From Pseudomonadales bacterium (lineage in GTDB: Bacteria; Pseudomonadota; Gammaproteobacteria; Pseudomonadales; Azotimanducaceae): DNA of 64,000 nucleotides. The notes beneath the pieces are model-generated. The model worked only from the letters and a program-made list of their open reading frames with translations, ran no database searches and was not told the DNA's origin. The position numbers and the translations under genes are program-made. Below are positions 26,358-35,768 of this stretch, piece by piece. Within the stretch, counting starts at the first letter, position 1. Every line of letters begins with the position of its first letter. Location of the stretch: NCBI GenBank assembly GCA_011525295.1, contig WTGV01000043.1, positions 1,593 through 65,592 of the forward strand. Reading direction: 5' to 3'.

Positions 26358-28358
26358 TTAATCTCTTCTTGATAGTCCTCCGATTAGATCGTCAGCGTCG
26401 TCTTGGTGTAACCATCGACTTCTATCAGATCGCTGTTTGAGATCTTCTGGAGTAGCAAACGCGTCAGCTTTGTCAACGTCCTGAAATTGCAGCTCGTGTA
26501 GAGTGAAGTAAATTCCTTTCTGCGCAATTAACTCTTCGTGTGTGCCAATTTCACAAACCTTTCCTCTGTGAAGTACAAGAATTCGATCGCATTCTTGAAT
26601 TGTTTGAAGTCGATGAGCAATGATGATGGAAGTTCTGCCTTCCGTCAATTTCTTTAACCCATCTTGGATGATGAGCTCGGTACCGGTGTCGATACTCGAA
26701 GTGGCTTCGTCCAGCACGAGAATCTCGGGATTCGCGGCTAATACTCTGGCGAATGCCAATAGCTGTTGTTGTCCCTGAGATAAATTGTGTCCTCGCTCGG
26801 CCAATTCAGTGTCGTAGCCATCAGGCAATTTATGGATGTACTGGTCAGCGTTCACCACTCGCGCCGCCCATTCCACTCTTTCTTTTGATATATCAGGATT
26901 ATTTAACGAGATGTTGTCGTACACGGTACCCGAAAAAATGTGAAAATCCTGTAGTACTACGCCAATACGTTGGCGTAAATCTTTGCTACTTATGCTGTTT
27001 ACATCGATCCCGTCGACAAAAACTGAATCGTCGTCGATGTCGTAAAATCTTGCTAACAAGCGAATAATCGTGCTTTTTCCTGAACCTGTAGGACCCACGA
27101 TCGCTAATTTTTCACCTGGCTTGATATGGAACGAAACGTCGTCTAAAACTTTATTTCCTTTCTTGTAGGTGAAATTGACATTACGAAATTGCACCTCTCC
27201 CAGTAAACGTTCAGGTAGCTCTATAGGATGCTCTGGTTCATGTAACTGTTCCTCCCAATCCAACGCTTGAAAGATCCTTTCACCAGAAGCCATAGAACGA
27301 AACAACGTATTGAAGAACTGCCCTACTCCAGAAATTGGCGTTATTAACATATTGACGAAGTAAGTAAAGGTGAACAATACGCCGATAGAAATCGAACCTT
27401 GAACTACTTCTCCCCCTCCGTACCAAATTATCAGTGCGGTTGCAATACTCGGTAAGCTCGTGTTTAGGTTTTCAAACAAAACTTCATAATTGATCGCACT
27501 AAATTCGTGCTTCCGATTCTCGCGATTGTAGGCTGCATATTCTTCTATGTTTTGCTCCTGCCTACCTGATAGTTGAACCACTTCAATTCCCATGAGATCT
27601 TCTTGTAAGTATTGATTCAACGAAGATACTGAATCTCGGATTAGGCGAAAGAACTTAGTGATAATCAAGCGAAATACGACGGTTGCGACCACCGCGATCG
27701 GTATGATCCCTAGTCCGACCAGTGTAAGATCCACGCTCATATCGAACATCACCCAAATGATGATGAAAAAAGGTACGAAATCCGCGACGATCTGAATAAA
27801 CGAAGTAATCAGGTTGTATAGGTTTTCTATGTCGTTTGTTACTCGGGTCATGACTCTGCCGACTGCGACATGATCATAAAAGGAAGAGGGTTTTCGCTCG
27901 AGTGAAGCAAACAAATCTACGCGTAAATCTCGCAGGGTCTTCAATGATCCACTGGTTAGAGTAAGTGACTGAGCTAAATTTGCGAACGACTGCGTCATTA
28001 CCATCATGACATACAAAAGAATCGCCGCAAGCAGTAGATCAGAGTTCAGTAGATTTGCTAGCCAATGAGTGAGTTCTATGAGTCCAAAATCTGGGAGGAC
28101 GTGCTGTGAAACTTCTGGTTGAGGTGCGAGAATTTCGTCAACTATCACTCGGCCAAGCAACAATGGAATCGCAACCGCGATCAATGCACCAACCACTAAC
28201 AATACAAAACTCGCTCCCAGTGTAAGCCGGTACGGTTTTGTCCAACGCAACAACCGCGCGAACATACGAACGTTGACCGCACGGTGTGTGAGATGTTGAT
28301 CAAAAGCCGAGTATTTTGAATCGGCACGGTCAGACTGTTGAGTACTTGCTTCAGCCAT
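26358..28358 (-). CDS. ABC exporter, fused TMD-NBD half-transporter (subunit with canonical Walker B and degenerate signature)
   Basis: Six-TM domain plus NBD. Walker A GPTGSGKST, signature LSQGQQQL (degenerate versus LSGGQ), Walker B ILVLDEATSSID, H-loop IAHR. Confidence 0.85.
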   Translation of the reverse strand: MAEASTQQSDRADSKYSAFDQHLTHRAVNVRMFARLLRWTKPYRLTLGASFVLLVVGALIAVAIPLLLGRVIVDEILAPQPEVSQHVLPDFGLIELTHWLANLLNSDLLLAAILLYVMMVMTQSFANLAQSLTLTSGSLKTLRDLRVDLFASLERKPSSFYDHVAVGRVMTRVTNDIENLYNLITSFIQIVADFVPFFIIIWVMFDMSVDLTLVGLGIIPIAVVATVVFRLIITKFFRLIRDSVSSLNQYLQEDLMGIEVVQLSGRQEQNIEEYAAYNRENRKHEFSAINYEVLFENLNTSLPSIATALIIWYGGGEVVQGSISIGVLFTFTYFVNMLITPISGVGQFFNTLFRSMASGERIFQALDWEEQLHEPEHPIELPERLLGEVQFRNVNFTYKKGNKVLDDVSFHIKPGEKLAIVGPTGSGKSTIIRLLARFYDIDDDSVFVDGIDVNSISSKDLRQRIGVVLQDFHIFSGTVYDNISLNNPDISKERVEWAARVVNADQYIHKLPDGYDTELAERGHNLSQGQQQLLAFARVLAANPEILVLDEATSSIDTGTELIIQDGLKKLTEGRTSIIIAHRLQTIQECDRILVLHRGKVCEIGTHEELIAQKGIYFTLHELQFQDVDKADAFATPEDLKQRSDRSRWLHQDDADDLIGGLSRRD

Positions 28359-30256
28359 CAGCCTGCAAATTTCTGTTGTTCAATGTCTTCGCGAGTTGGT
28401 TGCGCAGCTTCCTGAAGTTTCCGAATCAGTCTAGCTCTTCTTGACTGATCGCGGTCCTGATTGCTCTGCACAGCTTCTAAATCAGCATAGTGTCCCCCTC
28501 GCGCTACTAGTTCACCATGTGAACCACTCTCAATGACCTTCCCATCGTCGAACACGTAGATGTAATCAGCGTGTCTTGCTGTAGAAACACGATGCGAAAT
28601 CAAAATTGTTGTCTTGTCTTTACGTAATCGGTTCAACCCACGAATAATCCGCTCTTCAGTTTCGGTATCAACGCTAGAAAAGACATCATCTAAAAGCAAC
28701 ACTTTCGAATCTCGAATCAATCCTCGTGCGAGCGTCGAGCGTTGTTTTTGTCCACCAGAGAGTGTTACTCCACGCTCGCCGACCACAGTTCTCAATCCTT
28801 CTGCAAGATCAGCAACCGTCTCTTCCATACTGGCTGCTTCAGTGGCGTCCCACACGACTTCGTCCTCCCGTGATACGTCATCGTAGGAAACATTCTCTTT
28901 GACTGAAGCCGAGAACAAAAAAGCATATTGAGGTACTAGGGCAATTTCCTGCCTCAGATGTTGAATTGGAAGATCACAAATGTCTTGCCCTCCTACGAAT
29001 ACGGTGTTGCGTGGAGTATCGACTAAACGCACGACAGCCTTTAAGATCGTGCTCTTCCCTGATGCCATGCGACCAAGAAAAGCCACTGTGTGTCCCGCTT
29101 TTATGCTTACATGAATGTCTTTGATCGCAGGCTCAGTCGCGTCAGGATAGGTATATGACAACCCGTTGATCTCTATGGACGGTTTTATATCTACTTTAGT
29201 CGTTAGGCTAGCTTTATCTTGAACCTCTGGTTGATGGGAAATGATTTGAAAAATTCTTTCGGAACCTGCTGCTGCGGAGAAAAATAGCGATAGTGCCCAA
29301 CCGATGTGCGCTACTGACCCGGCAAGCAACAACAACCAACCGAGAAAACGTGGGAGCGTACCGACATCGATGTGTCCTTGGAGTACTAAATAGCTACCAT
29401 AACTCAACACGATGAGGGGTGAAATCGCAGTCAAGGTCGTCATCGTAAGATGCATGTACGCCAAAAATCGAGATGCTCTATAAGCTTTTTTAGTGTAATG
29501 CGACGCAGTTTGTCTAAATCTCTTAATCTCTTGGGATTCCTGCGCCATCGCTTGGATCGTCCGAATGCCCGTCAAATTTTCTTGGGTGAAAGAAGTCACT
29601 TCCGCCATCGCTTCTTGACGTTCCATGAAGTATGGGTAAATCTTTCGCGTAATAATGAATCCGGTGATTACCACAAACGGTAGAGGCAATAACGTCGCTA
29701 GTGCTAATCCGGTCGAATATCTAAACATCAACGGGGGAACAATAGCGAGCGTAATCAAAAACGTGGTAATTTGCAATTGGCCGAAAGACATAAACATGCG
29801 TACTTGACTCACGTCGTTCACCGCACGGGACATTAAGTCTCCGGTGTTGTATTTATTAAAAAAGGCTGGACCCTGATATTGGATGTTGTTAAACAAGCGC
29901 TTCCGGAGATCGTAAGTTACCGAAATTGCGATTCGACGGAGCAAGCGTCTAACAGGTACGAAGATTATGAATTGCACCACGATGACGGCGAAAATCCCCA
30001 TCGCAGGCCAAAAGTAGTTTGGTGGTTTGTCTGGATCTGCAAGACTATCGATAACTGTCCCTGTGAAATCCGGTACGAAAGCCAAACCAATTCGATGCAC
30101 TACTAGACCGATAATCGCGAGTGCAAACCACCACCTGTATCGTTTCAGATAGGGAATGAGGTTTCGGAGATGGCCTAGATGTTTGAACGAAGAGCGTTCT
30201 CGGCGCGGACCACTTTGATAGCGAGCCCGCATACCACCCGAGTACGTGTGCCTCAT
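28358..30256 (-). CDS. ABC exporter, fused TMD-NBD half-transporter (subunit with a degenerate catalytic site)
   Basis: Walker A GRMASGKST and canonical signature LSGGQKQR. In Walker B LLLDDVFSSVD the catalytic Glu is replaced by Asp. H-loop ISHR. The stop overlaps the partner start (TGATG). Confidence 0.85.
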   Translation of the reverse strand: MRHTYSGGMRARYQSGPRRERSSFKHLGHLRNLIPYLKRYRWWFALAIIGLVVHRIGLAFVPDFTGTVIDSLADPDKPPNYFWPAMGIFAVIVVQFIIFVPVRRLLRRIAISVTYDLRKRLFNNIQYQGPAFFNKYNTGDLMSRAVNDVSQVRMFMSFGQLQITTFLITLAIVPPLMFRYSTGLALATLLPLPFVVITGFIITRKIYPYFMERQEAMAEVTSFTQENLTGIRTIQAMAQESQEIKRFRQTASHYTKKAYRASRFLAYMHLTMTTLTAISPLIVLSYGSYLVLQGHIDVGTLPRFLGWLLLLAGSVAHIGWALSLFFSAAAGSERIFQIISHQPEVQDKASLTTKVDIKPSIEINGLSYTYPDATEPAIKDIHVSIKAGHTVAFLGRMASGKSTILKAVVRLVDTPRNTVFVGGQDICDLPIQHLRQEIALVPQYAFLFSASVKENVSYDDVSREDEVVWDATEAASMEETVADLAEGLRTVVGERGVTLSGGQKQRSTLARGLIRDSKVLLLDDVFSSVDTETEERIIRGLNRLRKDKTTILISHRVSTARHADYIYVFDDGKVIESGSHGELVARGGHYADLEAVQSNQDRDQSRRARLIRKLQEAAQPTREDIEQQKFAG

Positions 30257-30444
30257 AGAGTTGGCTGAGCCTTGATGAATGGCGCGCTAGCGGTCAGGTT
30301 CAGAAAATAAATTTGATCCTATACTACTAGCCGTGCTGAGATTGGAGTCGTGTTTCACAATTATAAGAGTGTGATATTGAGGTACTCTATTAAAATTCTC
30401 AGCCACAACAAAACAATTTGATTCAGCAAAAACTATCACTTCGC

Positions 30445-31158
30445 ATGCCACGTATCACTCGTCGTAAGGTAATACAACTGTCCGGAGGCACGTTCGCTGT
30501 CGCAGCTACCCTACCCTACACCTCCCTTTTGGCTGAAAGTAAAGACAGTTTAGGATGGGATGGGTTTCTTAAAACGTGCGAGAGCCTGTCTGAGGCTCAG
30601 TTTGAGGACGACTGGACAACGAACCAAGACGACTACACTAAGAAAATCGAACAACTCCTCGTTCGGCTGAATCTTGAGGATGACAAAATAGTCGAATTTA
30701 TTGACAGTTACAACAATTACAACACTCGCTTTCCCGAAATTCGAACCATACATCGAAAAACAGAGTTTCAGGTTTCTTTGCTAGAGTTCGAAGCAGATGA
30801 AAAGATCCCACTACACGATCACCCTGATATGACCGGTGTCGTGATCTGTACGCACGGTGAGATCGATGTAGCTCACTACGACAAACTCACCGAGACTAGT
30901 GAGAACGATCTACCATTGTTGAAAAAGGAAAGAGAGCTTTCGATGACTCCAGGTATGACTGCTACGCTCACGGTGAGTCGAGGGAACATTCATGAACTGC
31001 ACGCAAAAGAATTTACGCGCATGATAGATGTTTTTACGCCGCCCTACAATCGAGACCGAAGTATGCGATCCCGGTACTACTGGATCGGCGAGGACACCTA
31101 TGAGGATCGAACAGACACCTTTGAAGCAGAAATGACGCGAGGTCCCTTCCGCCGCTGA
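30445..31158 (+). CDS. Tat-signal cupin protein, cysteine dioxygenase/PCO-ADO-like
   Basis: MPRITRRKVIQLSGGTFAVAATLPYTSLLA looks like a twin-arginine signal. Cupin metal motif PLHDHPDMTGVVICTHGEIDV with a later His (GNIHELH). The ORF track extends to TTG 30418. Confidence 0.55.
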   Translation: MPRITRRKVIQLSGGTFAVAATLPYTSLLAESKDSLGWDGFLKTCESLSEAQFEDDWTTNQDDYTKKIEQLLVRLNLEDDKIVEFIDSYNNYNTRFPEIRTIHRKTEFQVSLLEFEADEKIPLHDHPDMTGVVICTHGEIDVAHYDKLTETSENDLPLLKKERELSMTPGMTATLTVSRGNIHELHAKEFTRMIDVFTPPYNRDRSMRSRYYWIGEDTYEDRTDTFEAEMTRGPFRR

Positions 31159-31192
31159 TTGCTTCCAATAAACCTAATGCTAGTGCGACGAC

Positions 31193-32167
31193 TTAAGAGT
31201 CGTCGTCGCCCGTCAGACAGTCTATGATTGATGTACTTAGGTTTTCGAGTAATTCGATGTACAGATCCGGTCCGGCATCCAATGTTGCGCCTAAAGGATC
31301 TAGAACACGAACTTTCAAGTTCGCTCGATCCTGTAGTGAATCGACGAAATCATCATCAAATTGGGGTTCAGTGAAGACACACTCAATCTTTAAATCGGTT
31401 ATTTGTTTTTGAAGGTTTTGGATGTGTTTCGCTCCTGGCGTGTATTCACCCTTAAGAAATGCTCGTGTGAGACCATCGAGGCCAAATCTATGTTCAAACG
31501 ATTGATAACCATCGTGATATACGATGAACGGTTTGAGTGATACTGTTGCGGCGTCGTACCTTTCGGTTAGCCGTTCTATTAAGTCTTCCACTTTGGAAAT
31601 GAAACTGTCTGCGTTGTTGGAAAATACCTCAGCATGTTCCTCAAATTGTTCAGACAGGACACGAGCAACTTCTCGAGTCATTACTATCGCATTCAAAGGA
31701 TCAAGCCAAATATGATGGTCAAACATGCTCAGGTCCCGATGCGACTTGATTTCCGGCTCGTCTTCATCGTCGTCATCGCTCTCTTGGTGCCTGTCTTCAG
31801 CCCATCGCACCAATTCAATGTCATCGGCCTTCATCAGTTGGATCACTTCGATGTTTTCATCGAGTGATTTCGTTGCGGCACCCATACTGGCTTCACAACT
31901 CTCATCTATGAGGAACACTACATTCGCATTCTGAAGTTTGCGCATGTGGGACGGACGTAGCACATGAGTATGAGGAGACTGAAATCCCGGAATGATCAAC
32001 TCAGGTTCTCCCACCCCTTCCATCACCGCACTGACGATTGAGTGCAGAGGCTTAATTGATGTTACCACCTGCAAATCTTCTTGTGCAACGGTGTTTGTGG
32101 TGAACCCTACTATGCCACCGAGTACTATCAGCAACAATAACTCTTTGAACGCACGTATTCGTGACAT
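31193..32167 (-). CDS. znuA: zinc ABC transporter periplasmic binding protein
   Basis: Cluster-9 SBP layout with a signal peptide and metal His residues (SPHTHVL, DHHIWLDP). The flexible loop is acidic: HQESDDDDEDEPEIKSH. Divergent from znuCB. Confidence 0.8.
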   Translation of the reverse strand: MSRIRAFKELLLLIVLGGIVGFTTNTVAQEDLQVVTSIKPLHSIVSAVMEGVGEPELIIPGFQSPHTHVLRPSHMRKLQNANVVFLIDESCEASMGAATKSLDENIEVIQLMKADDIELVRWAEDRHQESDDDDEDEPEIKSHRDLSMFDHHIWLDPLNAIVMTREVARVLSEQFEEHAEVFSNNADSFISKVEDLIERLTERYDAATVSLKPFIVYHDGYQSFEHRFGLDGLTRAFLKGEYTPGAKHIQNLQKQITDLKIECVFTEPQFDDDFVDSLQDRANLKVRVLDPLGATLDAGPDLYIELLENLSTSIIDCLTGDDDS

Positions 32168-32203
32168 ATCTGCAAATCCTTGGGTTTGTAAGTAAGAAAA
32201 TCC

Positions 32204-32983
32204 GTGTTCTATAATTTTAGTGCATACCGTAGCCTATGCGTTCCGAACGAATTTATACCAAATTTTGGATCATCATTTACCGAAAGAACAACGGTTGTTG
32301 GTGAACATCGTCCATTGACAGACCATAGCTCTAAATTTCTCTTGTCTGCTGACAACATCGGCGTTCGACTATCCGAACGTTGGATTTTCAGATATGTCAA
32401 TGTCAGTGTTGCAAGTGGACAACTGGTTTGCATCATTGGCGGGAACGGTGCAGGTAAATCGACTTGTGTCAAAACTCTGCTAGGTTTGATCCCGCTAACC
32501 GAAGGGAAGATCGAGAAGCAGAAACCTCTGACGATCGGTTATGTACCACAAAAACTGGCGATAACGCCGATATTACCCATGACCGTGTACCGTCTGTTGA
32601 CTTTGGGCAACCACCGTTGCGCCCGAGCAGAAATTGAACATGTGTTGTTCGTCGTTGGCTTAGAAAAGCTTGGAAATCCATTAGTGACGACACTCTCGGG
32701 TGGTGAATTCCAAAGACTGATGCTCGCTCGAGCGATCTTGCGTAAGCCACATCTATTAGTCTTAGATGAACCTCTACAAGGGGTAGATGTTGCTAACACG
32801 GACATCCTCAACGACTTAATTCTTTCGATTCGAGATGAGCTTCAGTGTGGTGTCCTAGTTGTATCGCACGACATCGAAAGAGTTTTTCAAGATGCCGACG
32901 ACGTGTTGGTGTTAGTCCCACACGAACATGACGAAATCACAACGGACAATCCTGTTTGGAAACGCAAAACTAGTCTCGTGTAA
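32204..32983 (+). CDS. znuC: zinc ABC transporter ATP-binding protein
   Basis: Walker A GGNGAGKST, signature LSGGEFQRLMLARAIL, Walker B LLVLDEPLQGVD. These coordinates are the maximal ORF. Alignment to the usual ZnuC N-terminus suggests the true start is TTG 32315 or TTG 32342 (MSADNIGVRLS...). Confidence 0.8.
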   Translation: MFYNFSAYRSLCVPNEFIPNFGSSFTERTTVVGEHRPLTDHSSKFLLSADNIGVRLSERWIFRYVNVSVASGQLVCIIGGNGAGKSTCVKTLLGLIPLTEGKIEKQKPLTIGYVPQKLAITPILPMTVYRLLTLGNHRCARAEIEHVLFVVGLEKLGNPLVTTLSGGEFQRLMLARAILRKPHLLVLDEPLQGVDVANTDILNDLILSIRDELQCGVLVVSHDIERVFQDADDVLVLVPHEHDEITTDNPVWKRKTSLV

Positions 32984-33009
32984 ATGGATTGTTAAGAATT
33001 GTGATTGAA

Positions 33010-33825
33010 ATGCTGGACGACTTCTTTGTACGTGCAATGATCGCCGGTATTGGCATCGCCTGTTTTGCTGGACCGGTCGGATGCTTCATCGTATGGCGGC
33101 GCTTAGCTTATTTCGGGGAGACCATCGCTCACTCTTCTCTATTGGGGGTAGCGATGGCGATCATACTTGATTTCAATTTAGTGATTGGTATCTTCGCATC
33201 GGCGTCTGTAGTGGTAACCATATTATTTTTCTTGGATCGCCGTGGAGGACTACCAACAGATACCATTCTTGGCCTGCTTGCCCATGGTGGCTTAGCGCTC
33301 GGACTGGTTGTTCTAGCGTTTATACCAGGCATGCGGCTGAACCTACAAACGATTTTATTTGGAGATATCCTCGCCGTTACCAAATTTGATCTACTTCAGG
33401 TTGGGGTAGGAGGCGTCGCGGCATTAGCTGTCCTCCTGTGGTTGTGGCGACCATTGTTGGTGTCCACTGTCAGTGAAGACTTAGCGACTGTGGAATCACT
33501 ACGTCCGAATAGAGCCAAGTTCCTCTTTGGTATCCTCGTTGCAGCAATAATCGCAGTGGCGATCAAAATTGTAGGAGTACTCCTCATCGTAGCGTTGTTA
33601 GTGATTCCGGCGGCGACCGCAAGACGCTTTGCAACCACACCGGAAATCATGGCTGTCGGAGCTACTGTTATCGGCGTTGCCTCTGTTATTGCTGGCTTGT
33701 ACTCGTCGCTAATATACGACACACCATCGGGACCTTCTATTGTGGTTGCGGCGATCGGATTGTTTGTCGCGACCCGCATGATTGCTGTTACAGTAGTCTT
33801 TCTTCGCGACAAGATATTCAAGTGA
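33010..33825 (+). CDS. znuB: zinc ABC transporter permease
   Basis: The ATG at 33010 gives MLDDFFVRAMIAGI..., a typical ZnuB N-terminus. Polytopic membrane protein. Follows znuC. Confidence 0.85.
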   Translation: MLDDFFVRAMIAGIGIACFAGPVGCFIVWRRLAYFGETIAHSSLLGVAMAIILDFNLVIGIFASASVVVTILFFLDRRGGLPTDTILGLLAHGGLALGLVVLAFIPGMRLNLQTILFGDILAVTKFDLLQVGVGGVAALAVLLWLWRPLLVSTVSEDLATVESLRPNRAKFLFGILVAAIIAVAIKIVGVLLIVALLVIPAATARRFATTPEIMAVGATVIGVASVIAGLYSSLIYDTPSGPSIVVAAIGLFVATRMIAVTVVFLRDKIFK

Positions 33826-33959
33826 CGCGACTGCTGAGTTAGTTTCTGCGCTATACGGAAATTGCAATGCCCGCGACCTCGTTCAAGGACATACAATGTC
33901 TTTTGAGGGATATTCAAAAAACTAAGTAAACGCATTTACGGCATACTTGGAGACTAGGT

Positions 33960-34580
33960 TTGATAAAACGATTGTTACCGCTAATTTGTTTCATATCAGT
34001 TTCGAGTTACGGGCACCACCAATTTTTTTATGAAACAAAGTCCTCGCAACGGATCGGAGATGCCGTCGTCAGTGTCTCTTTCGATCGTTTTTATGACACA
34101 TATCACTGGCTCTTGCATTGCTTCGACAGATCTTCGACTGAAATCCCTCCAGTGGGAGTATTAGTCAAGTGTGTAGAAGTCTCCCAGTTCGGCGTGTCTT
34201 TCATGCTATCGGAAGAACCAGAAACAGACTCAAAAGAAGTTCGACTGCAGTATCGTTTTGACGACGGAGAATCGACAGTTGTTAAAACTAAACTCACCCA
34301 CATTAACCCCCGACATGCCATTGTAGAGTTTGACAAAGATGAGTTCTCTACTTTCCTCGAAGGCTTGGCTGATGCTGAAAAAATTGTATTTTCTGTTGGA
34401 ACCGTTGAGGATGTATTACATCTCAGTGAAATGAATGCAGCCGTCGAAAAATACCGCGAAACTCTTGCGGACTCTTACATCATTGAACTTGAATCAGATT
34501 CGAACAACAATAATAGCACTGAACCCGCTATCGAAGAGTCTGAGAGCGAAGAAGAGTCTTCAACTGACACGGAAGATTGA
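33960..34580 (+). CDS. hypothetical exported protein with an acidic C-terminal tail
   Basis: Signal-like N-terminus MIKRLLPLICFISVSSYG. C-terminus NNNNSTEPAIEESESEEESSTDTED. No recognisable domain. TTG start. Confidence 0.45.
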   Translation: MIKRLLPLICFISVSSYGHHQFFYETKSSQRIGDAVVSVSFDRFYDTYHWLLHCFDRSSTEIPPVGVLVKCVEVSQFGVSFMLSEEPETDSKEVRLQYRFDDGESTVVKTKLTHINPRHAIVEFDKDEFSTFLEGLADAEKIVFSVGTVEDVLHLSEMNAAVEKYRETLADSYIIELESDSNNNNSTEPAIEESESEEESSTDTED

Positions 34581-34646
34581 TCAGAGTTGCTTTAACGGCT
34601 ATGAAAGAACACATAAAGTCCAGCTCGCGAGCAACAACTTAGAAAA

Positions 34647-34722
34647 TGGCGTCCCCTAGGGGAGTCGAACCCCTGTTGCTGGGATGAAAACCCAGTGTCC
34701 TGGGCCACTAGACGAAGGGGAC
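34647..34722 (-). tRNA. tRNA-Glu (anticodon UUC)
   Basis: The reverse complement GTCCCCTTCGTCTAGTGGCCCAGGACACTGGGTTTTCATCCCAGCAACAGGGGTTCGACTCCCCTAGGGGACGCCA folds as a cloverleaf. The anticodon loop is TTTTCAT and the CCA end is encoded. It is near-identical in its arms to E. coli tRNA-Glu. Confidence 0.95.
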
Positions 34723-34784
34723 GCAGAAATCGGAATTTTACGACTAGTAAAGCAACGGTCAAGACGTTCTACTGTGGTATGGAG

Positions 34785-35762
34785 TTAAAACGACACTCCT
34801 ATACCGACACTGTAAGTCATGTTAGTATTCTCTGAGTGCTTTGCTGGATCTGTTTCGAACTTCACATTGTTTCGAAAATCTAAATTTAGAGCATTAGAGA
34901 GTAAAAATCGCAGACCGAATAATCCATCTATCACACCACCGTTCGTCTCTGTTATCCATAGTAGACGATTCTGCTGTATCAGTTCAACACGCCCTCCAAA
35001 CATCTTCTTTCCATAAATGCTAGCAACGCGTAAAGCTGGTGAAACTTCTTCAAAGTCATCCAAAGACTGATACACTGCGCTTACTGCTACGTCCATCGAC
35101 AGATTTGTAAGAGAATGTTCTATGAACTTCTTGCCACCACCGATCCCGATGACAGACCTCCACGCTATTTCATTCAGGGGATCGTAGGAATAATCGACGC
35201 TCACATTGGTATACCACTTACTCGACCGGAGCCATCGAAAGTTGTACTTTACGTCAAGTAAATCGGTCGTTGTGAGAGCGTCAGTAGATTCTCGAGTCTG
35301 CGATACGTTCAACAACTGTTCACTTTTCGATCGCAATAAAGAAGACTCACTAAACATAGAAAAGTTCTGAGACTCATTATTACCAGATGTTCCAGCGAGC
35401 GAGATAGTGAGTTGACTCTTCCAAGCAGTGTTAATCACTAAAACGGAAGTGGTCCCTCTCCTGACGATGTCTAACTGTTCTACGTCGAGATTGGAGGACA
35501 ACGCTCTAGTTTCCTTAGATCCATCAACAAAGATGATGGTAAAGTCGGCTTCTGTGACCAAACTATCTACCTTCTTTTGGTTGATGTAGAGCGTCCCCGC
35601 ATAGTCTGTCTTGAAGGTGACTACTTTCCCTGAAACCCCGACGAGTTCACCTGAAAGAACGTCGCCATTGTCTATCGTCAGGGCATCTCCAATAACAGTA
35701 TTTCCAGTGAAATATATGAAAATACTAGTGATAAATATGAGTATAAACTTCAGTTTATTCAC
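34785..35762 (-). CDS. outer-membrane beta-barrel protein, DUF481/YdiY-like
   Basis: Signal peptide, then N-terminal NGDVLSGELVGVSGKVVTF repeats typical of DUF481. Alternating beta-strand pattern and a C-terminal aromatic residue (GIGVSF). GTG start 6 nt after the upstream stop. Confidence 0.6.
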   Translation of the reverse strand: MNKLKFILIFITSIFIYFTGNTVIGDALTIDNGDVLSGELVGVSGKVVTFKTDYAGTLYINQKKVDSLVTEADFTIIFVDGSKETRALSSNLDVEQLDIVRRGTTSVLVINTAWKSQLTISLAGTSGNNESQNFSMFSESSLLRSKSEQLLNVSQTRESTDALTTTDLLDVKYNFRWLRSSKWYTNVSVDYSYDPLNEIAWRSVIGIGGGKKFIEHSLTNLSMDVAVSAVYQSLDDFEEVSPALRVASIYGKKMFGGRVELIQQNRLLWITETNGGVIDGLFGLRFLLSNALNLDFRNNVKFETDPAKHSENTNMTYSVGIGVSF

Positions 35763-35768
35763 GAGGTT

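Noticed and set aside
33396-33935. A 179-aa minus-strand ORF antisense to znuB. Similar long antisense ORFs occur at 21086-21556, 17980-18426, 54966-55397, 13318-13731 and 439-795.
   Set aside because: Each lies entirely or mostly inside a confidently identified gene on the other strand. Their compositions are odd (Arg/Ser/Thr-rich, no motifs) and they lack SD sequences. They are typical shadow ORFs.
34581-34784. tRNA-Glu considered as a genomic-island integration site.
   Set aside because: No integrase is nearby, there is no direct repeat of the tRNA 3' end, and the flanking genes look like ordinary chromosomal genes.
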